45,879 nt of DNA from a virus (lineage: Duplodnaviria; Heunggongvirae; Uroviricota; Caudoviricetes). Of this stretch, positions 8,088-17,494 are shown one piece after another. Below the pieces are notes generated by a model. The model ran no database searches. It saw nothing but the letters and a program-made list of their open reading frames with translations, and was not told where the DNA came from. The DNA lies in IMG/VR virus record IMGVR_UViG_2541047916_000008. One strand, 5' to 3'. How positions within the stretch are numbered: position 1 is the first letter of the stretch; every line of letters starts with the position of its first letter. A program made the position numbers and the translations under genes.

Positions 8088-8902
8088 GTATGGAGCTGAT
8101 GGTTAAAGCGATGAAAATTCGAGTGGGTAATCCATTGCGAAAACTGGTTCTGATCAAGCTGGCTGATAACGCCAGCGATCAGGGTGAGTGCTGGCCCAGC
8201 TACCAGCATATTGCTGACCAGTGCGAGATTAGCAAACGTTCTGTGATGAATCATATTGCGGCTCTTTGTGATTCCGGACTGGTAAAAAAAGTCACCCGGA
8301 AAGGTGAAAAAGGTAACTCAAGTAATATCTATCTCCTTCATCTTGATGGTGCAGGAGATTCACTAGGGGGTAGTGCAAATAATTCACTATCTGGTGCAGC
8401 AAATTCACCAGGTAGTGCAGGAGTTGCACCAGGGGGTGGTGCAGGAGATTCACCCAGAACCAGTCACTCTTTTGAACCAGTCAAAGAACCAGTCAATGAA
8501 CCAATAGCTGTTGGTGCATCTGCTGATGAGTCTGTGCGAGTTCGTTCAAACCGACCGGAATACTCTCCGGAGTTTGAGCAGGCATGGCTGGCATACCCCA
8601 AACGTGCTGGTGGCAATTCAAAATCTGCAGCCTTCAAAGCCTGGAAAGCCCGTTTGAATGAGGGGGTAAACCCCGAAACCATGCTGGAAGGTGTGAAACG
8701 CTATGCGGGCTGGGTATCTGCGATGGGTAACAGCGGCACACAATTTGTGAAACAGGCTGTCACGTTCTTTGGTCCGGATCGTCATTTCGAAGAATCCTGG
8801 GAAGTTCCTGCGGTATCTGCAGCCAGACGTGAGGATCCGTACTTCAAAGCCAGTTACGACAACGTGGACTACAGCCAGATCCCGGCAGGATTCAGGGGGT
8901 GA
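8084..8902 (+). CDS. Replication initiator (O-like; N-terminal winged-helix/HTH, Gly/Ser-rich linker)
   Basis: Track ORF 8045..8902 trimmed to ATG overlapping upstream stop; HTH-like segment YQHIADQCEISKRSVMNHIAAL; iteron-like DNA repeats embedded in the linker-coding part. Confidence 0.5.
   Translation: MSMELMVKAMKIRVGNPLRKLVLIKLADNASDQGECWPSYQHIADQCEISKRSVMNHIAALCDSGLVKKVTRKGEKGNSSNIYLLHLDGAGDSLGGSANNSLSGAANSPGSAGVAPGGGAGDSPRTSHSFEPVKEPVNEPIAVGASADESVRVRSNRPEYSPEFEQAWLAYPKRAGGNSKSAAFKAWKARLNEGVNPETMLEGVKRYAGWVSAMGNSGTQFVKQAVTFFGPDRHFEESWEVPAVSAARREDPYFKASYDNVDYSQIPAGFRG
8348..8510. repeat. Iteron-like direct repeats (putative ori) inside the replication initiator gene
   Basis: Five copies of GGT(G/A)GTGCA(G/A)GAGATTCAC-like units at about 8348, 8368, 8392, 8411, 8436, then three to four GAACCAGTCA units at 8456-8507. 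Confidence 0.45.
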
Positions 8903-8904
8903 TC

Positions 8905-9393
8905 ATGAGTCTTTTGAATGAAGTTCAGAAATTCATTGAAGCCCATCCGGGGTGTACTTCCGGAGACATTGCGGATGCTTTTGCAGGTTACTCACGGCAG
9001 CGCGTTCTGCAGTCAGCAAGCAAGTTACGTCAGAGTGGGCGTGTGGCTCACCGTTGTGAAGGAGATACACGCAGACATTTCCCGCGCCTGACTGAGAGAG
9101 CGCAGGAGCCGGAACCACAACCAGTTCGTGAAACCAGACCTGTGCGCAATTTCTATGTCGGCACTAACGATCCCCGGGTGATTTTGTGCCTGACCCGCCA
9201 GGCTGAAGAACTGGAGTCAAGGGGCTTATACCGTCGTGCTGCAACCGTGTGGATGGCGGCATTCCGTGAAAGCCACTCCCAGCCAGAACGAAACAATTTT
9301 CTGACGCGTCGTGAGCGGTGCTTACGGAAAAGCAGCAAGCGCGCTGCATCGGGTGAAGAGTGGTATCTGTCAGGGAATTACGTGGGGGCTTAA
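8905..9393 (+). CDS. Putative transcriptional regulator (C-terminal half resembles PerC-family activators), tentative
   Basis: Track ORF 8899..9393; segment LTRQAEELESRGLYRRAATVWMAAF resembles PerC-type proteins from memory. Confidence 0.3.
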   Translation: MSLLNEVQKFIEAHPGCTSGDIADAFAGYSRQRVLQSASKLRQSGRVAHRCEGDTRRHFPRLTERAQEPEPQPVRETRPVRNFYVGTNDPRVILCLTRQAEELESRGLYRRAATVWMAAFRESHSQPERNNFLTRRERCLRKSSKRAASGEEWYLSGNYVGA

Positions 9394-10046
9394 TGAGTAA
9401 TAAATATTGCCAGGCGCTGGTGGAACTGCGGAACAAACCAGCCCATGAACTGAAGGAAGTGGGCGATCAGTGGCGCACGCCGGACAACATTTTCTGGGGA
9501 ATTAACACCCTGTTTGGCCCGTTTGTTCTGGATCTGTTCACTGACGGTGATAACGCCAAATGTGCTGCGTATTACACGGCGGAAGACAACGCGCTGGCGC
9601 ATGACTGGTCAGAACGTCTTGCGGAGCTTAAAGGGGCTGCCTTTGGTAATCCCCCATACAGCCGCGCCAGTCAGCATGAGGGGCAATACATCACCGGCAT
9701 GCGTTACATCATGAAACATGCCAGTGCCATGCGTGATAAGGGTGGGCGCTATGTTTTCCTGATCAAAGCTGCCACCAGCGAAGTGTGGTGGCCGGAAGAT
9801 GCAGACCATATTGCTTTTATTCGCGGGCGTATTGGTTTTGAACTGCCTGCCTGGTTTATCCCGAAGGATGAGAAGCAGGTGCCGACAGGCGCTTTCTTCG
9901 CTGGTGCTATTGCTGTTTTCGACAAGACCTGGAAGGGACCGGCAATCAGCTACATCGGGCGCGATGAACTTGAGGCATGTGGTGAGGCGTTTTTGGCGCA
10001 GGTTCGCCAGCAGGCAGAAAAACTTGTCAGGGAGATGGCGGCATGA
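9393..10046 (+). CDS. Phage Dam-like N6-adenine DNA methyltransferase
   Basis: Track ORF 9360..10046 trimmed to ATG overlapping upstream stop; NPPY catalytic motif (FGNPPYS). Confidence 0.65.
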   Translation: MSNKYCQALVELRNKPAHELKEVGDQWRTPDNIFWGINTLFGPFVLDLFTDGDNAKCAAYYTAEDNALAHDWSERLAELKGAAFGNPPYSRASQHEGQYITGMRYIMKHASAMRDKGGRYVFLIKAATSEVWWPEDADHIAFIRGRIGFELPAWFIPKDEKQVPTGAFFAGAIAVFDKTWKGPAISYIGRDELEACGEAFLAQVRQQAEKLVREMAA

Positions 10047-10369
10047 CGACGTTAACTCAATGCCAGCAGCAGGTGCTGGATATGCTGATTTCTTACCAGC
10101 AAGAGCGTGGCTTTCCGCCAACCAATCAGGAGGTGGCAACCATGCTGGGATACCGTTCAGTGAATGCAGCGGTGGAGCATCTTCGCGCACTGGAGAAAAA
10201 AGGCGTCATCACGATAAAGCGTGGCGTGGCCCGGGGGATAACGCTTCATACCGCAGTGAAGGACGACGACAGCGAAGCGGTCGGTATCATCCGCGCACTG
10301 CTTGCCGGTGAGGAGAACGCCAGGCTGCGTGCAGCCCACTGGTTACATGAGAGGGGCCTGAAAGTATGA
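10043..10369 (+). CDS. LexA-like N-terminal DNA-binding domain protein (no S24 peptidase domain)
   Basis: Sequence parallels LexA residues 1-70 (Q..QVLDMI....GFPPT..E.A..LG.RS.NAAVEHL.ALEKKGVI); 108 aa total so the cleavage/dimerisation domain is absent. Confidence 0.55.
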   Translation: MTTLTQCQQQVLDMLISYQQERGFPPTNQEVATMLGYRSVNAAVEHLRALEKKGVITIKRGVARGITLHTAVKDDDSEAVGIIRALLAGEENARLRAAHWLHERGLKV

Positions 10370-10755
10370 AGTTGATCCTGCCTTTCCCGCCCAGTGTGAA
10401 CACGTACTGGCGACACCCCAACAAAGGGGCATTTGCTGGTAAGAGCCTGATAAGCGAGGCGGGGCGAAAATTTCAGAGCGCGGCGTGCGCAGCAATAGTT
10501 GAGCAGTTACGTCGTCTGCCGAAACCAACGTCGGCACCTGCTTCAGTGGAGATCGTGTTGTTTCCTCCGGATAACCGGATCCGCGATCTGGACAACTATA
10601 ACAAGGCGCTGTTTGACGCCCTGACCCACGCGGGTGTGTGGGAAGACGACAGACAGGTGAAAAGAATGCTGGTGGAGTGGGGACCGGTTATCCCGAAAGG
10701 GAAGGTCGAGATCACTATCAGTAAGTATGAGAAACCGGCGGGTGCAGCCGCCTGA
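10366..10755 (+). CDS. rusA: RusA Holliday-junction resolvase
   Basis: Track ORF; RusA motifs (PPSVNTYW, RDLDN, ALFDAL). Confidence 0.75.
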   Translation: MKLILPFPPSVNTYWRHPNKGAFAGKSLISEAGRKFQSAACAAIVEQLRRLPKPTSAPASVEIVLFPPDNRIRDLDNYNKALFDALTHAGVWEDDRQVKRMLVEWGPVIPKGKVEITISKYEKPAGAAA

Positions 10756-10774
10756 TTAAGAGGAGAAACGAAGT

Positions 10775-11584
10775 ATGAATAATCTGATGGTCATTGATGG
10801 TATTGAAGTTCGTCGTGATGCTTATGGGCGTTACAGCCTGAACGATCTGCATCGCGCAGCAGTAGCATCTGGTGCAAATGCCAGAACCAAGGAGCCAGGA
10901 AAGTTTCTTTCCAGCCAACAAACTGTTGAGCTTGTTCATGAATTGACCAACACCCAGAATTTGGGTGTTGACCCGGTGAGTGTGATTCATGGGGGAAATG
11001 AACGGGGAACGTATGTCTGCAAGGAACTGGTGTATGCCTATGCAATGTGGATCAGCCCGTCATTCCATCTGAAGGTGATCCGTACTTTCGACATGGTAAC
11101 CAGCGCACCGGAAAAATTATCCGGACAGGCTGCTGACAAGATGCAGGCTGGTGTGATTCTGCTGGACTTTATGCGCCGGGAATTAAACCTGTCTAACTCT
11201 TCAGTGCTTGGTGCCTGTCAGAAACTCCAGGAGGCTGTTGGCTTACCGAATCTGGCACCGCGCTATGCCATTGATGCTCCTGCTGACGCGCCTGATGGCT
11301 CAAGTCGTCCTACGCTGTCGCTGAGTGCACTGCTGAAACAGTATGGTATCCGCCTTACGGCTAATCAGGCATATCACCAGATGGCGAAGCTGGGGATCGT
11401 TGAACAACGCGAACGATACAGCCGTACCGCGATTAACAACATCAAAAAATTCTGGTCGCTGACAGCGAAAGGTTGCATGTTCGGCAAGAACATCACCAGT
11501 CCCGCAAATCCGCGCGAGACGCAGCCGCATTTCTTCGAATCCCGATTCCCTGAGCTGTTAAAGCTGCTCGATACCGTTCATTGA
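10775..11584 (+). CDS. KilA-N domain protein (antirepressor-like)
   Basis: Track ORF; N-terminal KilA-N-type region (YSLNDLHRA ... YVCKELVYAYAMWISPSFHLKVI). Confidence 0.5.
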   Translation: MNNLMVIDGIEVRRDAYGRYSLNDLHRAAVASGANARTKEPGKFLSSQQTVELVHELTNTQNLGVDPVSVIHGGNERGTYVCKELVYAYAMWISPSFHLKVIRTFDMVTSAPEKLSGQAADKMQAGVILLDFMRRELNLSNSSVLGACQKLQEAVGLPNLAPRYAIDAPADAPDGSSRPTLSLSALLKQYGIRLTANQAYHQMAKLGIVEQRERYSRTAINNIKKFWSLTAKGCMFGKNITSPANPRETQPHFFESRFPELLKLLDTVH

Positions 11585-11585
11585 G

Positions 11586-12581
11586 GTGACCGTGAGAGCA
11601 CTACTGACCCCTGAAATTGCCCCGCGTATGGGGATCGTATTGTTCAGGCCAGGTTCAGAGCTGATGCCCCTGTTTATGCAGGGGCGTGTCCTGCTGGAGC
11701 CTGAGCCGGAACGTTATTCATCTTTCGCCAGTGGTGTCGTTCCGGCGGCATCACAACCGCTGGCGGATGATCCTGCCGTTCGGGCCGTGTTCCGCAATGA
11801 GGAAGTGATCCGTCGTGCTGGTGGCGTGGAATGTCTTGAAAGCTGGTTACTTCGTGAAAAAGGCTGCCAGTGGCCTCATTCCGACTGGCACAGCGAGAAC
11901 ATGACAACAATGCGACACGCGCCGGGCGCAATCCGTCTGTGCTGGCACTGCGATAACCAGCTGCGCGATCAGTTCACGGAACGGCTGGAATCAATGGCAA
12001 CGGATAACTGTGCCCGCTGGGTGTTGTCTGTTGTGCGTCGGGATCTCGGTTTTGATGATAGTCACGTTGTGACAATGCCGGAACTGTGCTGGTGGCTGAT
12101 TCGTAATGACCTGGCGGATGCCTTACCGGAAAGTGCAGCCCGTAAGGCACTGAGATTACCGAAGCCTGTTGTGCCGTCTGTCACCCGGGAAAGTGACCTT
12201 GTGCCTTCGGTTCCTGCCACCAGCATCATCCAGGATAAGGCGAAAAAGGTGCTGGCGCTGAAAGTGGATCCGGAGTCGCCGGAGTCTTTTATGTTACGCC
12301 CAAAACGTCGCCGCTGGGTTAATGAAAAGTACACACGCTGGGTTAAGACACAGCCGTGTGCATGTTGTGGAAAGCCTGCTGATGATCCCCACCACCTGAT
12401 AGGCCACGGTCAGGGGGGAATGGGTACAAAAGCGCATGACCTCTTTGTGTTGCCTTTGTGCAGAAAGCATCACGACGAGCTGCATGCGGATACCGTGGCA
12501 TTTGAAGAGAAGTATGGCTCCCAGCTGGAGCTGATATTTCGTTTTATCGATCGTGCGCTGGCAATTGGCGTGCTGGCCTGA
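11586..12581 (+). CDS. DUF968-family phage protein with C-terminal Cys/His (HNH-like) motif
   Basis: Track ORF (GTG start; alternative GTG at 11592); C-terminal CACCGK...HHLIGHGQ...CRKHHDELH. Confidence 0.45.
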   Translation: MTVRALLTPEIAPRMGIVLFRPGSELMPLFMQGRVLLEPEPERYSSFASGVVPAASQPLADDPAVRAVFRNEEVIRRAGGVECLESWLLREKGCQWPHSDWHSENMTTMRHAPGAIRLCWHCDNQLRDQFTERLESMATDNCARWVLSVVRRDLGFDDSHVVTMPELCWWLIRNDLADALPESAARKALRLPKPVVPSVTRESDLVPSVPATSIIQDKAKKVLALKVDPESPESFMLRPKRRRWVNEKYTRWVKTQPCACCGKPADDPHHLIGHGQGGMGTKAHDLFVLPLCRKHHDELHADTVAFEEKYGSQLELIFRFIDRALAIGVLA

Positions 12582-12598
12582 TTTTGTGGAGAACGTTG

Positions 12599-12964
12599 AT
12601 GCGTGATATTCAAATGGTTCTTGAACGTTGGGGGGCATGGGTGGCAAATAATCACGAGGATGTCACCTGGTCGTCTATTGCTGCAGGATTTAAAGGACTA
12701 ATCCCTTCAAAAGTAAAATCCCGCCCGCAATGTTGTGACGATGATGCGATGATCATTTGTGGGTGCATGGCTCGCCTGAAAAAGAACAACAGCGATTTGC
12801 ACGATTTATTAGTGGATTATTATGTAGGTGGTATGACGTTTATGGCGCTTGCCCGTAAACATGGGCGTTCTGATTGCTGGGTTGGGCGTTTATTGCAAAA
12901 GGCTGAAGGTGTAGTTGATGGCATGTTAATGATGTTAGAAATTGAGCTAGAGATGGATCGTTAG
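12599..12964 (+). CDS. Late-gene antiterminator Q (QuuD-like)
   Basis: Track ORF 12584..12964 trimmed to ATG ([14 protein letters not shown]); near-identical in recollection to DLP12 QuuD-type antiterminators. Confidence 0.75.
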   Translation: MRDIQMVLERWGAWVANNHEDVTWSSIAAGFKGLIPSKVKSRPQCCDDDAMIICGCMARLKKNNSDLHDLLVDYYVGGMTFMALARKHGRSDCWVGRLLQKAEGVVDGMLMMLEIELEMDR

Positions 12965-13004
12965 AAGACCTCTTATTGAGGGGGTAATTGAATCAGTTTA
13001 ATGT

Positions 13005-13037
13005 GTGGGGAGTCGATTTATTCTCCCCATTTTATTT
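13005..13037 (+). terminator. Hairpin plus T-rich tract downstream of Q
   Basis: ggggag-N10-ctcccc followed by attttattt. Confidence 0.35.
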
Positions 13038-13048
13038 AATTAATTTAC

Positions 13049-13495
13049 TTAAGGTTTTAATTCATCAAGACGTTGTTGGATAGTGTTTTTGCTTGCGTTG
13101 TCTGTTATAGCCATTTGTTGTACTTGCCCCATTGCCATTTGAGTTTCCATCCACATATCGGCCCACACTTTTGTATCGTTATTAACTTGAGCGATAGTAA
13201 ATCTGACTTTTGATACCGGGGTTGTTGAATAGGCATTGCCGATTAACATTTGTCCAAAAACAGCAGACCCGCCTTCCAGTTCTTTACCACATATAACACT
13301 GCTGTTATCAGCGTTGTAAATTATCAACCCTCTACTATTGCAGTAATTCACAAGGGCATCTTTGACTTTATCTTTTGTCGTATTTTGATAAACCCCCTCA
13401 GGTTTTCCTGATTGAGTTTTTTTTATCAATGGTACGGAAGAAGTACAACCTGAAATGATAGTTGCGCTAAGTAATAGTACAGTCATTTTATTCAT
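13049..13495 (-). CDS. Lipoprotein of unknown function (moron, AT-rich, opposite strand to late operon)
   Basis: Track ORF; signal peptide with lipobox LLSATIISGC; locally AT-rich; sits between terminator-like hairpins. Confidence 0.5.
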   Translation of the reverse strand: MNKMTVLLLSATIISGCTSSVPLIKKTQSGKPEGVYQNTTKDKVKDALVNYCNSRGLIIYNADNSSVICGKELEGGSAVFGQMLIGNAYSTTPVSKVRFTIAQVNNDTKVWADMWMETQMAMGQVQQMAITDNASKNTIQQRLDELKP

Positions 13496-13560
13496 GTTTC
13501 TTATCCATTGTTAAGGGCATACCTACACAATTATTTTTATTGGAGATGAATAATCAACCG

Positions 13561-13588
13561 TTTACAATCGTAAAAAATCAAATATGCT
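13561..13588 (+). promoter_or_regulatory. Candidate late promoter PR' (TTTACA-N16-TATGCT)
   Basis: Sigma70-like -35/-10 with 16-bp spacer, about 30 bp upstream of a short hairpin/T7 terminator, resembling the PR'-tR' arrangement on which Q acts. Confidence 0.3.
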
Positions 13589-13620
13589 GTTAAGAGTGGT
13601 TACTTCGCCACACAACTTAA

Positions 13621-13646
13621 ACCCGCCGCTGAGCGGTTTTTTTGTA
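13621..13646 (+). terminator. Candidate tR' terminator
   Basis: cccgccgc-tgag-gcgg short GC hairpin followed by T7. Confidence 0.45.
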
Positions 13647-13741
13647 CCTGTAAACTTGGTGCAGTACAGTAAACACGCTGGTGGTCGTGAATACTGACCT
13701 TTTATCTTGCTGGCTTTTTAGACAAGAGTTATTGGTATGTC

Positions 13742-13969
13742 ATGTTAACCAGAAGGGAAAAAGACATGCTAAAACAGCAAGATATGACAGAAACCGCCGC
13801 CGCAGTCCTTCATTTCTTACCTGCTGACAAGTGGGTAACGCCACGCATGATGACGAGAACTACCGGAGTAAGCGAAGCCCGGTGCCAGTTAATACTGACT
13901 CAGTTAGTTCTGGCGGGTCTGGCGAAGGATAACGGCGGGTACGGGAATAAATTCAGACGCTGCCAGTAA
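13742..13969 (+). CDS. Small hypothetical protein (75 aa), possibly DNA-binding
   Basis: Track ORF upstream of the late-region methyltransferase; no family recognised. Confidence 0.35.
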   Translation: MLTRREKDMLKQQDMTETAAAVLHFLPADKWVTPRMMTRTTGVSEARCQLILTQLVLAGLAKDNGGYGNKFRRCQ

Positions 13970-14119
13970 TGGCGGTTTCCTGCTGTGAAAATGGGCGGCT
14001 GGTGGGTGTTGGTAGCACCTGCCAGCCATTCGCTCATGCCTACTGGTCACAAGCGAACCACGGCCCACTGCTTTAGCGCAAAAGCAGAGTGAGCCTACCA
14101 GAGTTACGCTTACTGATCC

Positions 14120-15172
14120 ATGAAAAATACTGTAAAAATAAACAGTGTTGATTTAATCAACGCTGATTGCCTGCATTTTATTCAGTCCCTGCCTGATGAT
14201 TCCATTGACCTGATTGTTACCGATCCGCCTTACTTCAAGGTGAAACCCAACGGCTGGGACAATCAGTGGAAAGGGGACGAAGATTACCTTAAGTGGCTGG
14301 ACCACTGTCTGGCCCAGTTCTGGCGGGTGTTGAAACCTGCCGGAAGCCTTTACCTGTTCTGTGGGCATCGCCTGGCATCTGATATTGAGATCATGATGCG
14401 TGAACGTTTCAACGTGCTTAACCATATCATCTGGGCGAAGCCGTCCGGACGTTGGAATGGGTGTAATAAAGAAAGTCTGCGCGCATATTTTCCTGCCACA
14501 GAGCGCGTTCTGTTTGCTGAACATTACCAGGGGCCATATCGCGGCAAAAGTGACGGCTATGCGGCAAAAGAAAGGGAACTCAAACAGCACATAATGGCAC
14601 CGCTGATATCGTATTTCAGGGATGCTCGTGCCGAACTGGGTATAACGGCAAAACAGATTGCCGAAGCCACTGGTAAGAAAAATATGGTTTCCCACTGGTT
14701 TGGTGCCAGTCAGTGGCAGTTGCCGAATGAGGCTGACTACCGGAAGTTGCAGGCACTGTTTTCCCGTATAGCGGCAGAGAAGTTTCAGGAAAAACAACTG
14801 GAACAACCACACCACCAGCTGGTGGCATCTTATGATTCACTGAATCGCAAATATTATGAATTGCTGGATGAGTTTAAAACTCTCCGGCGCTATTTCTCCG
14901 TATCAGTTTCCGTGCCTTATACCGACGTCTGGATGCATAAACCCGTTCAGTTCTACCCGGGGAAACATCCGTGTGAGAAACCGGCGGATATGCTCAGGCA
15001 AATAATCAATGCCAGTAGTCGACCAGGTGATCTGGTTGCTGATTTTTTTATGGGCTCCGGTTCCACAATAAAAGCAGCAATGGCGCTGGGGCGTCGGGCC
15101 TTAGGTGTTGAGCTTGAGTCAGAGCGGTTTAACCAGACAGTGAAAGAGATAAACGAGCTGGTGGGGAAATAA
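14120..15172 (+). CDS. DNA methyltransferase, beta-class N6A/N4C type (DPPY motif IV N-terminal, FxGSG motif I C-terminal); no adjacent restriction gene
   Basis: Track ORF; [10 protein letters not shown] near N-terminus and DFFMGSGST near C-terminus. Confidence 0.7.
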
Positions 15173-15239
15173 TCTGGTGGCCACGTCAGGTGGCCTTTTT
15201 ATTTCCATTACACAGCACCCGCATCTGCGAGGTGGGGTT

Positions 15240-15455
15240 ATGAAATCCATGGATAAGTTAACAACGGGTGTCGCCTATGGCACCTCAGCAGGTAGTGCCG
15301 GGTACTGGTTTTTACAGTTGCTCGATAAAGTCACGCCCTCACAGTGGGCGGCAATAGGTGTGCTGGGTAGTCTGGTATTTGGCTTGCTGACGTATCTGAC
15401 AAACCTTTATTTCAAGATTAAAGAAGACAAGCGTAAGGCTGCACGGGGAGAGTAA
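15240..15455 (+). CDS. Phage-21-type class II holin (pinholin S21-like) with dual-start motif MKSM
   Basis: Track ORF 15177..15455 trimmed to Met at 15240 (GAGGTGGGG RBS); 71 aa; close match in recollection to S21 ([14 protein letters not shown]...[12 protein letters not shown]...[19 protein letters not shown]). Confidence 0.7.
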
Positions 15456-15459
15456 TTCA

Positions 15460-15810
15460 ATGACTCAAAACTATGAACTGATTGTGAAAGGGATCCGCAA
15501 TTTTGAGAATAAAGTTACGGTAACTGTAGCGTTACGGGACAAAAAACGCTTTGACGGTGAAATTTTTGACCTGGACATCTCGCTGGACCGTGTTGAAGGT
15601 GCCGCGCTGGAGTTTTATGAGGCAGCAGCCAGAAGGAGCATCAGACAGGTCTTCCTGGATGTTGCTGCCGGGTTATGTGAAGGGGATGAGCAGTCGCCGG
15701 AAAAGCGCCCCGTAATTTTAGATGCGCAGAATGTGTGGATAACCTACAAAGGAAAGCTACCAGGAAGAATTACTGGTTCTCTGAAGACTCCTCCGGAATC
15801 ACAACCTTAA
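15460..15810 (+). CDS. Hypothetical soluble acidic protein (116 aa) inserted between holin and endolysin
   Basis: Track ORF; RBS GAGAG; 4 bp after holin stop and 63 bp before endolysin start; no TM segment; no family recognised. Confidence 0.45.
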   Translation: MTQNYELIVKGIRNFENKVTVTVALRDKKRFDGEIFDLDISLDRVEGAALEFYEAAARRSIRQVFLDVAAGLCEGDEQSPEKRPVILDAQNVWITYKGKLPGRITGSLKTPPESQP

Positions 15811-15873
15811 GTCACTGACCGGAACAGATAAACCTGTCCGTGGGCAGAAACCGATAAATCCTGATAAATATCC

Positions 15874-16407
15874 ATGAACGCAAAAATCAGATACGGCCTG
15901 TCGGCTGCCGTTCTGGCGCTGATTGCTGCAGGCTCGTCTGCTCCTCAAATACTTGACCAGTTTCTGGATGAAAAAGAGGGTAACCACACTACGGCATACC
16001 GCGATGGTTCCGGTATATGGACCATCTGTCGTGGTGCCACAATGGTGGATGGTAAGCCCGTCATACCGGGAATGAAGCTGTCGAAGGAAAAATGCGACCA
16101 GGTTAACGCTATTGAACGTGATAAGGCGCTGGCATGGGTGGAGCGCAATATTAAAGTACCACTGACCGAACCACAGAAAGCGGGTATAGCGTCATTTTGT
16201 CCCTATAACATTGGCCCCGGTAAGTGTTTCCCGTCGACGTTTTATAAGCGGCTGAATGCCGGTGATCGTAAGAGTGCATGCGAGGCGATTCGCTGGTGGA
16301 TAAAAGATGGTGGGCGCGATTGCCGCATACGTTCAAATAACTGCTATGGACAGGTTATTCGTCGTGACCAGGAAAGCGCATTAGCCTGTTGGGGGATAGA
16401 TCAGTGA
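15874..16407 (+). CDS. SAR endolysin (GH24 T4-lysozyme-like with N-terminal signal-anchor-release segment)
   Basis: Track ORF; N-terminal hydrophobic [17 protein letters not shown]; catalytic E...D...T spacing ([16 protein letters not shown]). Confidence 0.75.
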   Translation: MNAKIRYGLSAAVLALIAAGSSAPQILDQFLDEKEGNHTTAYRDGSGIWTICRGATMVDGKPVIPGMKLSKEKCDQVNAIERDKALAWVERNIKVPLTEPQKAGIASFCPYNIGPGKCFPSTFYKRLNAGDRKSACEAIRWWIKDGGRDCRIRSNNCYGQVIRRDQESALACWGIDQ

Positions 16408-16871
16408 GCAGAGTTGCCGCGATTATTTATGCTCTGGTTATCTGCATCATCGTCTGCCTGTCGTGGGCGGTCAATCATTACCGTGATAACGCCATCGCCT
16501 ACAAAGAACAGCGTGATAAAAAAGTCAGTGAGCTGAAGCAGGCGACCGCCACCATTACTGACATGCAGCAACGCCAGCGTGCTGCTGATGTACTCGATGC
16601 TAAATACACGAAGGAGTTGGCTGATGCGAAAGCTGAAAATGATGCTCTTCGGCGCAAGCTTGATAATGGTGGTCGGGTGCTCGTCAAAGGAAAATGCTCT
16701 GTGCCATCCTCAGCCGAAACCTCCAGCGCCTCCGGCATGGGCAATGATGCCACCGTCGAACTCTCTCCAGTTGCTGGACGAAACGTTCTCGGTATCCGGG
16801 ACGGAATCATCAGAGACCAGACAGCACTGAGAACGCTTCAGGAATATATCAGGACGCAATGCCTTCGATGA
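16404..16871 (+). CDS. Rz-like i-spanin
   Basis: Track ORF 16389..16871; GTG at 16404 overlaps endolysin stop; N-terminal TM segment then coiled-coil-like region. Confidence 0.6.
   Translation: MSRVAAIIYALVICIIVCLSWAVNHYRDNAIAYKEQRDKKVSELKQATATITDMQQRQRAADVLDAKYTKELADAKAENDALRRKLDNGGRVLVKGKCSVPSSAETSSASGMGNDATVELSPVAGRNVLGIRDGIIRDQTALRTLQEYIRTQCLR
16624..16830 (+). CDS. Rz1-like o-spanin lipoprotein embedded in Rz in the +1 frame
   Basis: Track ORF 16579..16830 trimmed to Met with AAGGAG RBS; lipobox MVVGC; Pro-rich mature region. Confidence 0.55.
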   Translation: MRKLKMMLFGASLIMVVGCSSKENALCHPQPKPPAPPAWAMMPPSNSLQLLDETFSVSGTESSETRQH

Positions 16872-17044
16872 TAGCGATAATTTTACTCATCATCCTTCAC
16901 ATCTGGCTCTGTAGACAGGGTGGTGATCACTTCTGGAGTGAATCCAGATTAAACATCTCATTGCTGATGCTTGAAGTTGAGCATCTGGCGCGCGGTAAGG
17001 GGCTGCGTTGAAATAAGAGCCAGTCATTACAAATACCAGGATTT

Positions 17045-17070
17045 AGCCTCGTATTCGCGGGGCTTTTTAT
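17045..17070 (+). terminator. Hairpin/T-run terminator downstream of lysis genes
   Basis: 7-bp stem agcctcg...cgggggct followed by ttttat. Confidence 0.4.
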
Positions 17071-17494
17071 TGCCATTACAAAAGCCACTCCCTACAGAGT
17101 GGCTTTGATAATGGCTTATACCCTACACGGGATAACTTAACTGATATCCCTTTTAACGGATAAAGGTATTCAAGCCTGACACATCATGCGCTGTATCGTC
17201 GCCGTATTCCCGTATTAACAGAGACCGTAGCCCGACGGGGAACTCCTTCTGCGAGAGTGTGCGGGAATAATCAAAAACGATGCACACCGGGTTTTTACCG
17301 CGTTTATGGTTCGCGGGTTTGTCCCTCATGCTCGCCAGTCCTGTGCGGGGGTGGAAGAAACAGGATACTCACACAGATTCTTGTGGGCACGATGCTATTC
17401 CTTTCTGGATTATCCCGATGCCATTCATGCAAGGCGCTGTATCAGACGTTCGTCATGGCTGTCAGGCTGACGGGTCCTCCCGGTGGGGTGGCCT

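Noticed and set aside
9609-10190. 193-aa minus-strand ORF
   Set aside because: Antisense to the Dam-like methyltransferase and LexA-DBD gene; low-complexity Pro/Leu-rich peptide.
14153-14815. 220-aa minus-strand ORF
   Set aside because: Antisense to the DPPY methyltransferase, which has clear catalytic motifs.
16872-17044. Possible small minus-strand peptide (about 23 aa) after Rz in the position where lambda carries bor
   Set aside because: Too short and without recognisable family or convincing RBS; more likely non-coding spacer.
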